Source: Halocafeteria seosinensis
Taxonomy: Eukaryota
NCBI GenBank assembly: GCA_001687465.1
Contig: LVLI01000352.1
Span: 1-48,351, forward strand
Direction: 5' to 3'
DNA: 48,351 bases
Shown here: positions 1 through 12,080 of the stretch, piece by piece
Layout of the letters: every line of letters begins with the position of its first letter
Numbering within the stretch: the stretch's first letter is position 1
Notes under the pieces: model-generated
Seen by the model: only the letters and a program-made list of their open reading frames with translations
Databases searched by the model: none
What the model was told of the DNA's origin: nothing
Made by a program: the position numbers and the translations under genes

Positions 1-525
1 CTGTGTAGCAGTATACGGGAATTGTTGATACGGTTGCTGCTGATAATACTGTGGCTGTTGTTGCTGTGGAGCCCCACTTCCGTACATGTGATACTGCATC
101 GGCGGCGGCGGCCCATAATGTCCCCTCGGCGGCGGCTGCTGCTGCTGCTGTGGAGGCATGGGCATAGACATGGGCATCGATTGCCCCGGCGGAAACTGTG
201 GTTGTTGTTGATACTGCTGCTGAGGCTGCTGTTGATATGGCTGCTGCTGCTGCTGTTGTTGTGGAGGCATCATTCCAGGTGGTGGCGGCGGGGGTACGAA
301 CGCTTGCTGTCCTTGCATCATGTTGGGCGGAGGGGGCGGCATACCTCCGCCCATCATATGAGGCGGTGGCGGCGGTGGAGGAGCATTGTTGCTCGATGTC
401 TGTGTATGTGGAGGATATGGCTGCTGCTGCTGCTGCTGCTGAGGGTTGGGATTAGGTGGCATTCCCACCTGCTGTCCCTGTTGCTGTTGCTGCTGTTGAT
501 AGGGATAATTATGATTATTGCTCAT
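1..525 (-). CDS. 5' part of a gene encoding a Gln/Pro/Tyr/Gly/Met-rich low-complexity (prion-like) N-terminus; continues past the left edge
   Basis: The reverse strand is open from ATG at 525 to the window edge: MSNNHNYPYQQQQQQGQQVGMPPNPNPQQQQQQQPYPP...PPPPPPPHMMGGGMPPPPP... It is missing from the ORF track because no stop lies in the window. The poly-Leu/Ala ORFs on + are its antisense shadow. Confidence 0.85.
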   Translation of the reverse strand, partial: MSNNHNYPYQQQQQQQGQQVGMPPNPNPQQQQQQQPYPPHTQTSSNNAPPPPPPPHMMGGGMPPPPPNMMQGQQAFVPPPPPPGMMPPQQQQQQQPYQQQPQQQYQQQPQFPPGQSMPMSMPMPPQQQQQPPPRGHYGPPPPMQYHMYGSGAPQQQQPQYYQQQPYQQFPYTATQ

Positions 526-985
526 CTTGGCGTGCTTGAGAGAATATCTATGTCAGAGTGTATATAATGGAAGAAAGGAATTCAATGAACACGAAGAATT
601 GGAATATTGGAATACCGCCCAATCTCTTGTTATACAATCTTCCATCCAGCCAAAAACTTGCATACAAGACAGACAGGCAAATACCGCGCCTTCTACTTTA
701 TCATTAAATATCGTACAGCGGCGATGCAATGTATGATATACTCCCTCGCTGTGTGTCTGTCTACCACCCAGTCCGGGCCCCCAGCCCGGACTTGGAGGAA
801 TTCTGAACTACAGTATAGGGACCCCAGGGTTGGCGAAGCGCTACGAAGCAAACGGAAGCAAAGCTTTGTGTGTGGAAGCGGAGATGCAAGCGAAGATATG
901 GTTGGAAGCAGGCAAGATGGCTGTTTTATTCATCTTATTTTTTGCTAGGAATCCGTCATCGATGGATCACTACGGTAGATTCCAT

Positions 986-3900
986 TCACTGAATGAATGC
1001 ATACCGGAGAGGGTCGTCTATCTTCCCTTCGCTGCAATCAGTGGAGGGGTTATTTTCATCATGTTGAACGTACTCGGTCGTCTTGTACATCGAGAAAAGC
1101 GTATCGTCCTCTTTGTGTGTCACGAGTTGCAAGAATAGTTCTGGAATGTTTTTCGGTTTCGGTGCGGCGGACACAAGGAAAGAGTAAGGACGTTTGTAGC
1201 TTAGTGATTGGCCATTCATAGTTTCCGGAGACGCTTCCGCGTATCGTGTACAAAGTTTTCTCAGACGAGGTTTATCGAAGAGGGCATGATGAGGACTCTC
1301 CTGGAGGCGTTGTATGAGATACAGGAGCAACTGCACATGGGGAAGACAGATTCAGTTTTAAGAAACCATTTCCATAATGTAGAGAAAACAAGGAGCAAAT
1401 TGTGGTAATTATAACAACATACCTGCTGCTGGGAAATTGGCCAATGTTGAACGGTTGTAGTGGAATTTACGAGACGAACCATCGCATTCCTTAGGGCAGC
1501 CACTACGCTTGAGTCTCCATTACCAGCCGGAGTAGAGCTGTTCTCTCCAGAGGACAGGATAGCTACGAGTAGATAAAGAATACTTTGCTTCAAGCAGAAA
1601 GACTGATGTTCGTCAAGGGTCTGAAGAATGGAGATGCCCAGGACGCACTCACAACTGAGTTCAAGTCCCGTTTCATCTCCGGGTGTCATCGGGTGCAAAC
1701 GTGCCCTACGATAGCCAAGACTCTCAACGATACCATAGCAAGATGGACCATCAAAAGACTGCCCAAGGGCATCGACACTACCGCATTCATTGTCTGAATA
1801 CTTGCTTTCGCTGTAAGAAGCGACAGAGTTGAAAATGCTTAGCGTAGTATCGCAAGTCTCTGCAGAGTCTGTTTCAACCCCCGGGCTTCTCTCCAGATCC
1901 TCCAAGAGTTCATGTTTGCGAATTACATCTTGTATGCTTGCATAAAAGGATGAATCCAAATAGCCATAATCAACATCCATGAGGTTCTTCACATTGACAG
2001 GCATCTCGGACAGGTGATGCTTGGAAGCGCGGGTTTCCAAAACAGCCAGTAGCAGATAGTGGAATGCGAGGTCACGAGCAGTTTCCTTCTTAGACTCATT
2101 GGCATTAGGTGATAGTTTGGACTTGAGAAACTTGAGATATTGCCGAACTGCCTCGAAATCTTTTCCTTCCAGGAGCGCCCACGCGATTGCACTTGCAAGT
2201 TTGTAGCCATGAAGTAGCACCATATCCAGCGTTTGTTCAGTATCTAGTGAAATGACTGCACTACGAAGTGCAGAGTTCACGGCTGTGATTAAGAGCTGCA
2301 GCCATAAGTCCAACTCCCTAGACTCTCCGGAAAATGAATATTCGTTAATACGACTGTTCCAGTCGATTTGAGTGAACCCTTGGAATGACTCTTGAAATTC
2401 AGGAGACGGTAGCACTCTAGACCACCAAAGGAAAAACGAGCGCATCCAATAGAAGTGTGTACGGCACAGTTTGCAAACAAATTCTGCAGATAGAGCGCGG
2501 TGATATACCCAACCGTTCATTACCATCCCGAGCAGCATACTGGCTCCCATTGTACAAGGCAGGAAAGGACACATTTCTGTCCAGCTCTGTAGTTCGGATC
2601 TTCGGGAAGCAACGCCACAGACACTGCCAAAGAGTATAGCTATGTGCAACTCTTTAGTACTTGCTTCTCTCCATATTGACGAGTTGCTGTTTAGCCACTG
2701 GAAACAGCCACCAATTTCTTGCAACTTTACTCTTAGCTCCATCGTGACAGTTTTTCTTTTGTTCGCAGCTGCACCGGGATGGACAGAAAAATCCCAGAAT
2801 AGCCCGTAGTTTCCGGCAGTGTACTGTCTCCATGAAACAGAAGCTAGAACACCATTTACATAGGTATACTCTTTTTTATTTTTTGGCCCCGAGGAAACAA
2901 CTTCCCATAAAAGCGAAGGTTCAAAGAGTTCTTTCGGAAGCTCCGTCAGCTGTTGTGTGTTTGGAAAACAAAAGCACCAAATGTGAGGGTTCTTTGATAT
3001 GAGCCGCTCTACGCAACAGACGAGTCGTCGACGTAGCTGCAACAGACATGCCGCATTTAACACTTTTTCGCCAAGAAGAGCAGACCATCGGGAGGGGTCT
3101 TGGGAGTCACCTTGAATCGTCTCAATTTCGGTCACATCGAACCCTAACGCCTTTCCGCACAGTCTGTCTAGTTCTCGAAGCACTCGGACCAAGCAGGAAA
3201 TTGCTTCCCGCGAAACCTTGGCACTAAAGATAACTTCCAGGAGAAAGACTTCCACTACAGACAAAACTTCAGATGTGACATCCGAAAAGATTTCTGCAAC
3301 AGAAAGCATCAGCTGCGACTTTTCATTGAGAGAATCATTATGAAATTTGCCACTCTCTCTAATTTTAGCGGTCACTTGAGCTGGTGCACAATAAGCAGCG
3401 CGGCACAAACGCATTGTGGCATCCCAAGTCATGCGGACGAGCCCAAGCAAACCACGTAACGTTGTTCTAGGAGACAAGTGTCCAATCCTGTATTGCTCTT
3501 TCAACGCTTGAACAGCAAAAGAAAACTGACGATACAATGATCCCGCACTGTTCTTATAGCATATGTTATTCGCTACCTTCTGTTTTAGCTCACGTATATG
3601 TTGGAGGGCGACGTTTTGGCTCCCATCTTCATCTCCATGGCTACGATATTCTGTTGGAAAAGATTCTCGCAATTCGTCTGGGGCGCTTGGGCTTTGTGTC
3701 TCAAAAGGAAATGTTGGGGTAGCCCATGGAAGCTGAGAATAGACCGGAGTTAGACTAGAAGGACTCGACCCGAGATAGTCCATACTGGTAGAGCGTCGCC
3801 TGCCTCCGCTATTTCGTTCCAACTCTACAGCTTCTTGCAGCTGCTTGAGCTGCTGTTCAAGGAGTGCGTTTTCTCGGGGTACCAACTCCGAAATTGCCCT

Positions 3901-5526
3901 GTAAATGCTGTTCCTTTCCAGAGGGTTAACAATATCGCTATTTCCAACGAGCATCAAACCGTGAAACTTCGTCTGTTGCATACAACTGTGGCCTTTCTCC
4001 ATGTTTAGCCTATCCGAGTTGCACATAGTTGAGCTTTGACTAAGTTCGCTATCGGATCGATTTCGCTTATGGCCCGTTCGCTCCATCGAATCACTATTTG
4101 ATCGTCTTCGCTTCCGGGAGAGTTTTGCGGACACTATTTCGCTCCATGGCGCAGGGAGAGATTCGCGAACCTGAGAAAACAATTCCGAAAGGATAAAGCG
4201 TATTCCAAGCAAAAATCCTTTGGTAAAATCTTCAATTCTTTCACCACACCACTCGGAGCTTGTTTTAGGCACCAGCTCTTCTGTTTTGGTGGATTCTCTC
4301 TTGGACGCATTGATGAGGTGAAATTTTCGCACGTTGAGCATTCTATGAAAGGCGCCGCGAGAATCAGCACTATCTATTTGACCAAGCTCGAGATAGGAAG
4401 CTAGTCGTAACCAAGCGCGTTCAAACTGACTGTAAAATACTGACAGCTGAGCGGGAAAGAAAATCAACTGCAGGAGGAAATTAGAAGCATTTTGGCCACA
4501 ATTCTTGCGAACCCCCCACAGAATCCCGCTTTCCCTAATTTCTGAAACGTTAGTTATGGTCAAAGCATCATGGCTATCTGAAGGGGCGCAGCCTCCCTCA
4601 AAGATGTGCAGCATCATTTTCCTAGGATTATACACCGGTATGCATTGGAGCATGGATTTAACGTCCCCGTGAGACGACGCTTTTGCCATGTAGGCATCTA
4701 TGATACTTGCCCTGTCTTCGATCCTTATTGGGGCATTGTTAACTTGAGACTCGTCAAGCCCTTGTGTCCGAATTGATTCTACGTATTTGTGTATCCAGTC
4801 CTTACCCCATGTATCTTGCGAACTCTTCACTGGCTTGCAACGGTTTCGAAGAATATGGAGCAACTCATTAGTAAACTGGCTTTTCCGTTGACGGACGTCA
4901 CTCATATCCGTGCACACTTTGGCCAAAAACTTTCGCGTCTTTGATTCTCCAAAAAAAGAAGGGAATTCATACTTCCAAGGAGGTAGGGGAGGGGTATATC
5001 CTTCGGAAATATTATGCTTGTTTAAGCGCAGCTCCGGTCCTAGGTCATGGGACCCTCTTTCTTTCTTATGCCGGGAGGACCCAGAACTTCGACCTTCGGG
5101 GATTGGTGTCCAGCGAAATGGGAGTCCCAGTCGGAAGCTCATGGAATCCGGATATTCCCTTGCCTCTCTGTCTATCTGTTTGGTTGAAGAGGAATCCTTT
5201 TCAGTGGTCTCACTCTGTCGAGAGGAAGACCGTTCCACTGTGAGATCACTCGCTGAGCGACTGGCCAAGCTGCTACGGGAGGGTGTGCTTGGACCGCTCT
5301 TCTCGGACGACGATTCTCTGAATCCGCAAGCTATGCGACTGACGCGTTCAAGCCCACTGTGTTTTGCGCACCACGTCGGTGTTTTCGAGGATCGCCGACC
5401 TCCCCTCGAGTCTTTCGACGATCCGGTGGCATGGAAACTATGAGACGATGAAGCTGTTTCCTGTATTCCTTTTTGAGACCTCGCAAGCACATCACCGTCA
5501 CCACACTGCTGCCACGGCTCCTGCAT
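986..5526 (-). CDS. Large hypothetical protein (~1482 aa, 2 exons) with a Ser/Arg-rich N-terminus and helical C-terminal half; possible remote MMS22L/Mus7-like
   Basis: 1439-codon ORF with first ATG at 5526. Intron 1422-1331 (GTATGT...GTGCAG, phase 0) joins ...WPISQQQ to LLLYLIQRL... of the 986-1336 ORF. Exons 5526-1423 and 1330-986. Function is not established. Confidence 0.8.
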
Positions 5527-6149
5527 AATCTCTCTGATTCCTCGAGGACGACCAGAACTATATACGGAGCTTGCCAGCAAGATTCTCGCAACAGGGTAGA
5601 ATCAAATCGACACTTTGTATTCCTCTTTACGACTGTCCCTTCCACAAAATGCCCTCAGTAGTTGATTCGGCTCTGGCATATTGAAGTTGGTCGATTATAC
5701 GCGTACACTTCAACAAAGACATGAGAGGATACCAGCATATAATTTATTGCCCATGTGCCTTGGAAAGTTCTTCCATAGCGTACCTGCCAGTAGTACCTGC
5801 GGCAGTCTGTGCCACTTCGTCGCTCTCCGAGCTTCACAAGAAACAGGGGGAGAAAGCCTCCTACTAAGATCTTGGCAACATGTAGTAGTGGCAGTAGCAC
5901 GTTGCTTTGATGAAATTGTGTTATACTCCAACAACGATGAAATTGTGTTGTTGGAGTATATTATTGCAAAGGAAGCTTATATCGATTCACGGGGGATGAA
6001 TCCTTTGAGTATGTATCAGATATAGTACACGGACCGTTGACTTTGCCCACCGCACTCTTAAAGGCAAAAGGACCACTCTTTTTCGATATATTCCCCCCCC
6101 CCCCAAAAAAAATTGACTACGTCAGGGTACTCCATTAACGAGAGTAAAG

Positions 6150-7178
6150 ATGGAGAAGCAGGCAGCACCTCCGGCTCAGGATAGCCCTAGCGGGTGGAGA
6201 CCGATGGCAACCGCCGGAGAGAGACATACGATGTGGATGGGTATGAGCAACGTTAATGTGCCACAAGCAATAGTAGTATCACTCGCAACACTGTGTGTTA
6301 CAATTGGAATATCATGTGTGTTCTCGACGTTGCATCAATCGGAAATTGGCTTGACCGCTGCCGTCGTAAATACTACCACATGGGAAAACACACACACAAA
6401 TGTGACAGGAAAACAGTTGGGCAATGGAAAGCAGACGTGTGCTTTACCCGCTTCTCGAAATAAGTCCATCCTCATGGAGTTTTGTTCCCAATTGAAGGAC
6501 ATTCAAAGGTCTGTCTTAACGACAGACATTCAAACTCCGTCCCAACATAAGCTCCTCATTATTGCTGGAGAAGGCACCACTGGTACCAGGTCCATTATCC
6601 GCGGTTTAAATAAACTTGGAAAAAGTACCGTGCACTTCCGAAAACTTGTCTGTCCGAACTGCAGTGAGCAAAGTCGGGAAAGAATACAAAAGCTCTTCAA
6701 GGCGTTATTTTCTGGAAGGTTTAAAAACGCTGCGAAAATGGATTTCCTTGCTCTAGAGGCAGTGGATGTGGTTTCCGACGCACCATATTATTTTTACTTA
6801 CCTTTTCTTCTGAAGGTATTCCCGAACGCCCGTGTTCTTCTCACTTTAAGGAATGCTAGAGACTGGGCATATAGAAGAATTACTGCCCACCCCATAGTTT
6901 TGCTTTCCGTGTTGTCCGCGGCAGTCCCCCAGAGGAGAAAAAACGGTATGTTTGCTCCAACGGCGGAACTACAGGCAAAATCTGTCGGTCCGGTTGCGGC
7001 TGCTTACTTGTACGGGCTTCATAACCTCGCCGCGACGTGTCTGGCGTCTGACCACCCTTTCTATTATATGAATGTTTGGACGTACAATTGCGACAGTCAT
7101 AACTTATGGAGGGACCTTGCATCATTTGCCGAAGTGTCGAAACTTCCTAACTCATCTTTTCCTGGCTGTAAGTCCTAG
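6150..7178 (+). CDS. Membrane-anchored P-loop sulfotransferase-family protein (Sulfotransfer_4-like)
   Basis: Intronless, 342 aa. N-terminal hydrophobic helix (AIVVSLATLCVTIGISCVF), 5'-PSB-like IIAGEGTTGTRS..GL..LG..VH, DVVSDAPY and 3'-PB-like FPNARVLLTLRNARDW motifs. Confidence 0.8.
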   Translation: MEKQAAPPAQDSPSGWRPMATAGERHTMWMGMSNVNVPQAIVVSLATLCVTIGISCVFSTLHQSEIGLTAAVVNTTTWENTHTNVTGKQLGNGKQTCALPASRNKSILMEFCSQLKDIQRSVLTTDIQTPSQHKLLIIAGEGTTGTRSIIRGLNKLGKSTVHFRKLVCPNCSEQSRERIQKLFKALFSGRFKNAAKMDFLALEAVDVVSDAPYYFYLPFLLKVFPNARVLLTLRNARDWAYRRITAHPIVLLSVLSAAVPQRRKNGMFAPTAELQAKSVGPVAAAYLYGLHNLAATCLASDHPFYYMNVWTYNCDSHNLWRDLASFAEVSKLPNSSFPGCKS

Positions 7179-8649
7179 TGGAAGTATCCAATCAAGTGAC
7201 GACGTGTTTTGCGCGCATCCAGACTTTTCTCGTACGCGCGGTGCGATGGTGAAGTGTAGGCCGGATTGTACCTCGACGAAAAGGGCGACCAAATCGACGA
7301 TCCCGACACCTGGGATCGCGGAACGACAGATGTGTCCTGCCCTATACCTCCACACCGGGGATGTCGCGAAGAGCGTGGATAGCATTCCGGGCTAACTCCC
7401 GGCGCGTCGATGACGACCGTTTCATCCTTTTTATCTCCGGACTTAAGCTATTAGTGGCCCCTGGGAAGTGGGGTGTAGGCAACCCCGTGATGTCAAACAG
7501 TGGCGCCAGTTGAGACGTAGAGTATCATGGCATGGAGTCTTGCCTAACGAGCCACCGAATATGAATGATCAACGAATGGGAAGATTTCAAAAGTACCCCT
7601 TTTAAATTCATCTGGGTTGTATCCACTGGTACAACCATATCTACTTTAATTTCTGCTCTGTAATTAACTGTCGGACGTGCGTTGTTTTCAGCAAGTGTGA
7701 GTGTATCAAAGCATGGAATTGTTTGGTGAGTATTAGTGGCACGGTCTTGTGAGCACCGCTGGTCAAGTTCTCGTTAAAGGCCCCAGACTCCGCAGCTCTC
7801 CGATTTCTCCAGGAGCCCAAACTCCCATGAAAACTATCCTAAGAGCTGATCAGCGTTGTTTCCATAGCTGGATAACATGAAAGCGTGACTATCAAACCCA
7901 TTACGTGGCAACTGAGGTGGAGGTAGGACGATTTCCCAGTACCGTGGAAAGCTCGTCTCGCCCGCAGGGGGTACTGTATTTTTGCAGTGGTTAAGGAATA
8001 TAATCGCGGAATGGAGCAACAAAAATTGTACGAAAATGACGAGGGTTTGATGTTCAGAGCTCCGATTTTTCCTGATGAAACTAGCCAGTCCCCTTATGTT
8101 CCTCACTACGCAGTTTACCAAATAGCAATACCCCACCTGAGGATACTGTATGTACGTTCTCGACGTAGTAGTATTTGGCTATACCGGTAGTGTCTGGGAC
8201 GCTTCATCTTGGAAAGGCTCCTTACACTGCCTTTGTTAGGAACCTCTGACTTACACTTGGCTTCCCTGCTTCACGCATCATAGGACACTCAAGACTCTGT
8301 CGCAACAAAGGACACAGGAACTCCATCGCAACATCCTCATTGTTGCTGGCGAAGAAAAGTTACAACTTGTACAAGGTACATTATCCTTGGCTTAAAGACA
8401 TAGTCTGTCGGGACTGTAGTCAACAAAATCTGACAGCATAAAGTTAGTCTTTCAAGGCGTTTTTAGAAACCCTGAAGAAACGGAGTTTCGTGCTCTCGAG
8501 GGAGTCGAAAACCTCCGGCACACTACACACTACTTAAAATATTCCCGATTTCGCGTGCTCTTCTCACTTACAGAAACTTCACAGAATGGACATATCCAAG
8601 AATTGTTGCGCACCCTACAACTTCATTTTCCGTGTTACATTGTATACAC

Positions 8650-8661
8650 ATATATATATAT
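8650..8661. repeat. (AT)6 microsatellite
   Basis: atatatatatat, read directly in the intergenic gap. Confidence 0.8.
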
Positions 8662-8782
8662 GTGGTACAGGGTAAACATGGTGTTCCGGAAGCACAAACA
8701 AAAGCTGCTGACCGGGTCGCGGCTGCGTTTCTGCATTTGAAAGTAGTTGCTCTACCGTTGCCCTATTGTTTCGGTAGGAGCA

Positions 8783-8798
8783 ACACACACACACACAC
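8783..8798. repeat. (AC)8 microsatellite
   Basis: acacacacacacacac, read directly. Confidence 0.85.
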
Positions 8799-9945
8799 AA
8801 TAGATACATACACACAGCAATACCAATACAGTACGGTACACGTTGTTTCACTGTACAGCTAAACGTTTGTTCTGATCAGAGCCAGAAGCTACCCACACTG
8901 TACCCAGAATAACCGGTATGTTTCCTACCGGCGTTGTTTAATTTGAGATGCAGCAGCTCCGCGATTTCCTCATTTCTCATTGAATAAATCCATCCATTAG
9001 CATGTGTATCCAGGGACTCCCAAGAAGTTCAAGAAGTTCACCTACAATTCCTCACTAACACTTGCATTACAGTAACTAGGTAACTACCCTTGGTATGTTC
9101 TTGCATCTATGCCATAATCCAACAATAGAAGACTCGCTGCGTCGATTAAGGCGCTTAGATCTCCTTGTGTCCTTCGGATACTTGTGGTTACCTGTTTCTT
9201 GGTCGTATCCGATCTTTGCCCCGTTAGTTCCCGGGGACTTAGGGCAGCAGGGCACGGTGATTCCTGACCAGAGCCCCGCCCACCCGACCACTGGCAACAT
9301 TTTTGGCTTTATTTGCCCATTAAGCGCCGTGCTAGACGCGTTGAGAGCAGCGATAGTGGCTCGTATGTGTGGAACGACACCGGGGACACCCAATAGTAAC
9401 TGGTAGTCCCGAAACAGCGTGTGGAATGGGGCTGTACATGTGAAAAAAGCATCCCAAAACGAGCCAAGTTTTTTTTTCTCTCTGTTTGATTCCTTCCCCA
9501 TTCGCACTTTTTCTAGTGGATACACGCTCCCTACGGTCTTTTTGCTGACATAGGAATACACTTTTCTTCATTGCAGTAAAAGCCCGCGTGCCATAGGTAT
9601 GTACAGAGAGCAAGAAATGGGCTGAATACGATGTCCTTTTTGTCGTTTCCGTGGCCTCCGGGGGCGGCGAAAAGCCAGAGCACGTTCATATGACACAAGT
9701 TGGAGGGAGGAATGGGAGATGAGGAGCAACTCGTCGCCTACTGTGTCTATCTTGCATTGCAATGCCTTCAAGAAAGAACCATTCGTGGTTTTGTTTATTT
9801 ACTTTTGACGTCTGCAGCAGAGCCCACGAAGGAAGACTAGCAATAAACGCCTTTGGGAAGTGGAGGCGGATTCGCTTGATTGTTGACCGGATACACACAA
9901 AAAGAGGGTTTCAATAGAAAACCACGTGTCGTTGTCTTGGTTATA

Positions 9946-11771
9946 ATGTTCGAGTCCTTGCGGAAGAAGGTCTTTCGTCAAGGACAAAATTCGGCTCCGC
10001 AGCAACAACGAAGACGTCAACGGCAGGACTCGGGAAGACCAGGAGCTATTGGACTCCATGCAGTCCAGCAGCAACAACAGCAAGAGCAACCAGTGCATCT
10101 GCAGAGGAAGACTGAGGATAATATGAAGTCTCCAGAAAGGAATGCTGATGAGCAAGTACCGAGACGACCTGCGAGATCAAGAAGGTATGGTGTTCCGTCT
10201 TTCACCGTAGCATTCCGCTGACAACGTTCTGGAGTGTCTCCGCAGACGATCTTCCATCGTACGAGAGGAACAAGTAGCAGAGTTGGAAGATTTACCACTC
10301 TTACAGGATACACCTAGCTCACGGAAAGAAGAAATATTTCGAAAGAAGCTCAAACTGTGCTGTGTTATTTTCAATTTCGAAGATGCTTCCTCTAACAAGC
10401 GGTACGTAGGCACGAGTCGTAGGGTAGTGTGAAGTTTGCCCTTTACTTGCACGTTGCTTTGTCACCCCGACCACTCGCAGAGGCAAAGAAATCAAAAGAT
10501 CTACATTATTAGAATTAGTTGACTACGTGAACGACTCCGGAGGTCACAAGGTGAGCTCGCCTTCTAAGCGACGACATAGTTTTCTGATACACGCTGCCTG
10601 CCTGCCTATGTACAGGTTTTCACGGAAGCTGTAATGCCAGACGTAATCGAAATGGTGAGCGTCAACTTATTCCGGCCGTTGCCACCGACAAACGAAGAGT
10701 TTGACCCTGACGAGGATGAACCGGTCTTAGACCCGGCCTGGCCGCACCTTCAAGCAGTATACGAATTTTTGCTGCGGTTTGTGGTGTCAGACGAAGTTAA
10801 AGCAAAAACAGCTAAGAAATACTTAGGTCACAGGTTTTGCCTAAAGATCATCCAACTTTTCGACACAGAAGATCCTCGAGAACGTGACTATTTGAAGACT
10901 ATTTTACACAGATTATACGGAAAATTTATGACATATCGGACATATATCAGACGGGTTATGGCAAACACATTCTATCAGTTTGTTTACGAGACCGGGAAAC
11001 ACAATGGAATAGGAGAGTTACTAGAGATATTGGGCTCTATTATTAACGGATTTGCGCTTCCATTGAAACCCGAGCATAAAGATTTTTTACAGAATGCAAT
11101 CATGCCATTGCACCGGCCCAAGTCCATTGCCAACTATCATCAACAGCTCTCATACTGCGTTACGCAGTTTATCGAAAAGGAATCAGAGACTGCCAGCACT
11201 ATCCTAAAGTCACTATCCAAGATGTGGCCATGGACGAATAGTAGTAAACAGGTGTTACTTCTCAACGAATTAGAGGAAATACTTGAGTTGCTCCCTCACC
11301 ATCAGATCGAACAGAATTATGAGTTCATTTTTAAACTGATAGCAAGGCTGGTTGGAAGTCCTCATTTCCAAGTGGCTGAGAGGACGCTCTATTTGTGGAA
11401 CAGCGACCAATTGCTGGATGTAAGTGGTTGAATAAGGTAGTTTGCTTGTCTTTAAGCCTTGATCACAACCTTGGTTTTCATATGTACTGCAGCATGGCAT
11501 TTTTAGCTCCCAGTATACGGATCGATTGCTGCCTATAGTCTTCCCACCTTTGTATCAGAATGCTACGAATCATTGGAACGGCACAGTGGAACAGCTTGCC
11601 GCAAGTGTACTTCAGCACTATCAAAATACTGAGCCAGAAACATATGAGCGTTGCTTAGCGCGTGAACAGGCTAGAGAAAAGGCTAAGGAGGATACAGAAC
11701 GAGATCATGAGAGGAAATGGGATCTGCTAGAGGAAATGGCTAAAGAAAATTCCCCCATAAGGGACTTTTAG
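9946..11771 (+). CDS. PPP2R5: Protein phosphatase 2A regulatory subunit B56/B' (~515 aa, 5 exons)
   Basis: Exons 9946-10184, 10246-10401, 10481-10550, 10616-11419, 11493-11771; all introns GT-AG and frame-consistent. Hallmark motifs: LFRPLPP, EPVLDPAWPHLQAVYEFLLRF, FDTEDPRERDYLKTILHRLYGKF, HNGIGELLEILGSIINGFALPLK, SPHFQVAERTLYLWN, NHWN. Confidence 0.97.
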
Positions 11772-12080
11772 GCTAGGTATAGCATACACGGTTCTTGGGA
11801 AGCGTTTCAATGCCCAGAATATGTCTAGACAATAGTGCACACGTAGACAGCAGGTAACATTGAACTTCACGTTCACAGTAGCTTTCGAATGCGGACCAAC
11901 CAGCCCAATGAAGGGAACAGCGATAGGAGGGAGATTGTTTTCGTCTTGTTTTTGTAGTAAACAAACATACCAACTCGCTCGGTGGGTTTTCTCTGTATAT
12001 CGACCACCATTTCATACACTTTGGGCAACGGGCCCACCAAACCTTCGTGGCAACGCGCCAAAACACCCCTTACGTTAAAG

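Noticed and set aside
22..567. Poly-Leu/Arg and poly-Ala ORFs on the + strand
   Set aside because: Antisense shadows of the CAG/CCN-rich coding sequence on the minus strand.
6093..6112. C12-A8 homopolymer run upstream of the sulfotransferase
   Set aside because: A simple homopolymer; no evidence of function beyond a possible promoter element.
7211..7232. Minus-strand GAGAAAAGTCTGG resembling the RNase P RNA CR-I motif
   Set aside because: The rest of the RNA would have to run antisense through the sulfotransferase CDS, and I found no CR-V partner.
8472..8520. Hammerhead-like CTGAAGA...GAAA
   Set aside because: No stem II closes directly between the two core motifs, and no stems I/III with a UH cleavage site can be formed.
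9076..9561. 161-aa minus ORF and overlapping + ORF upstream of B56
   Set aside because: No ATG start at the annotated position, no recognisable motifs and no consistent splice sites.
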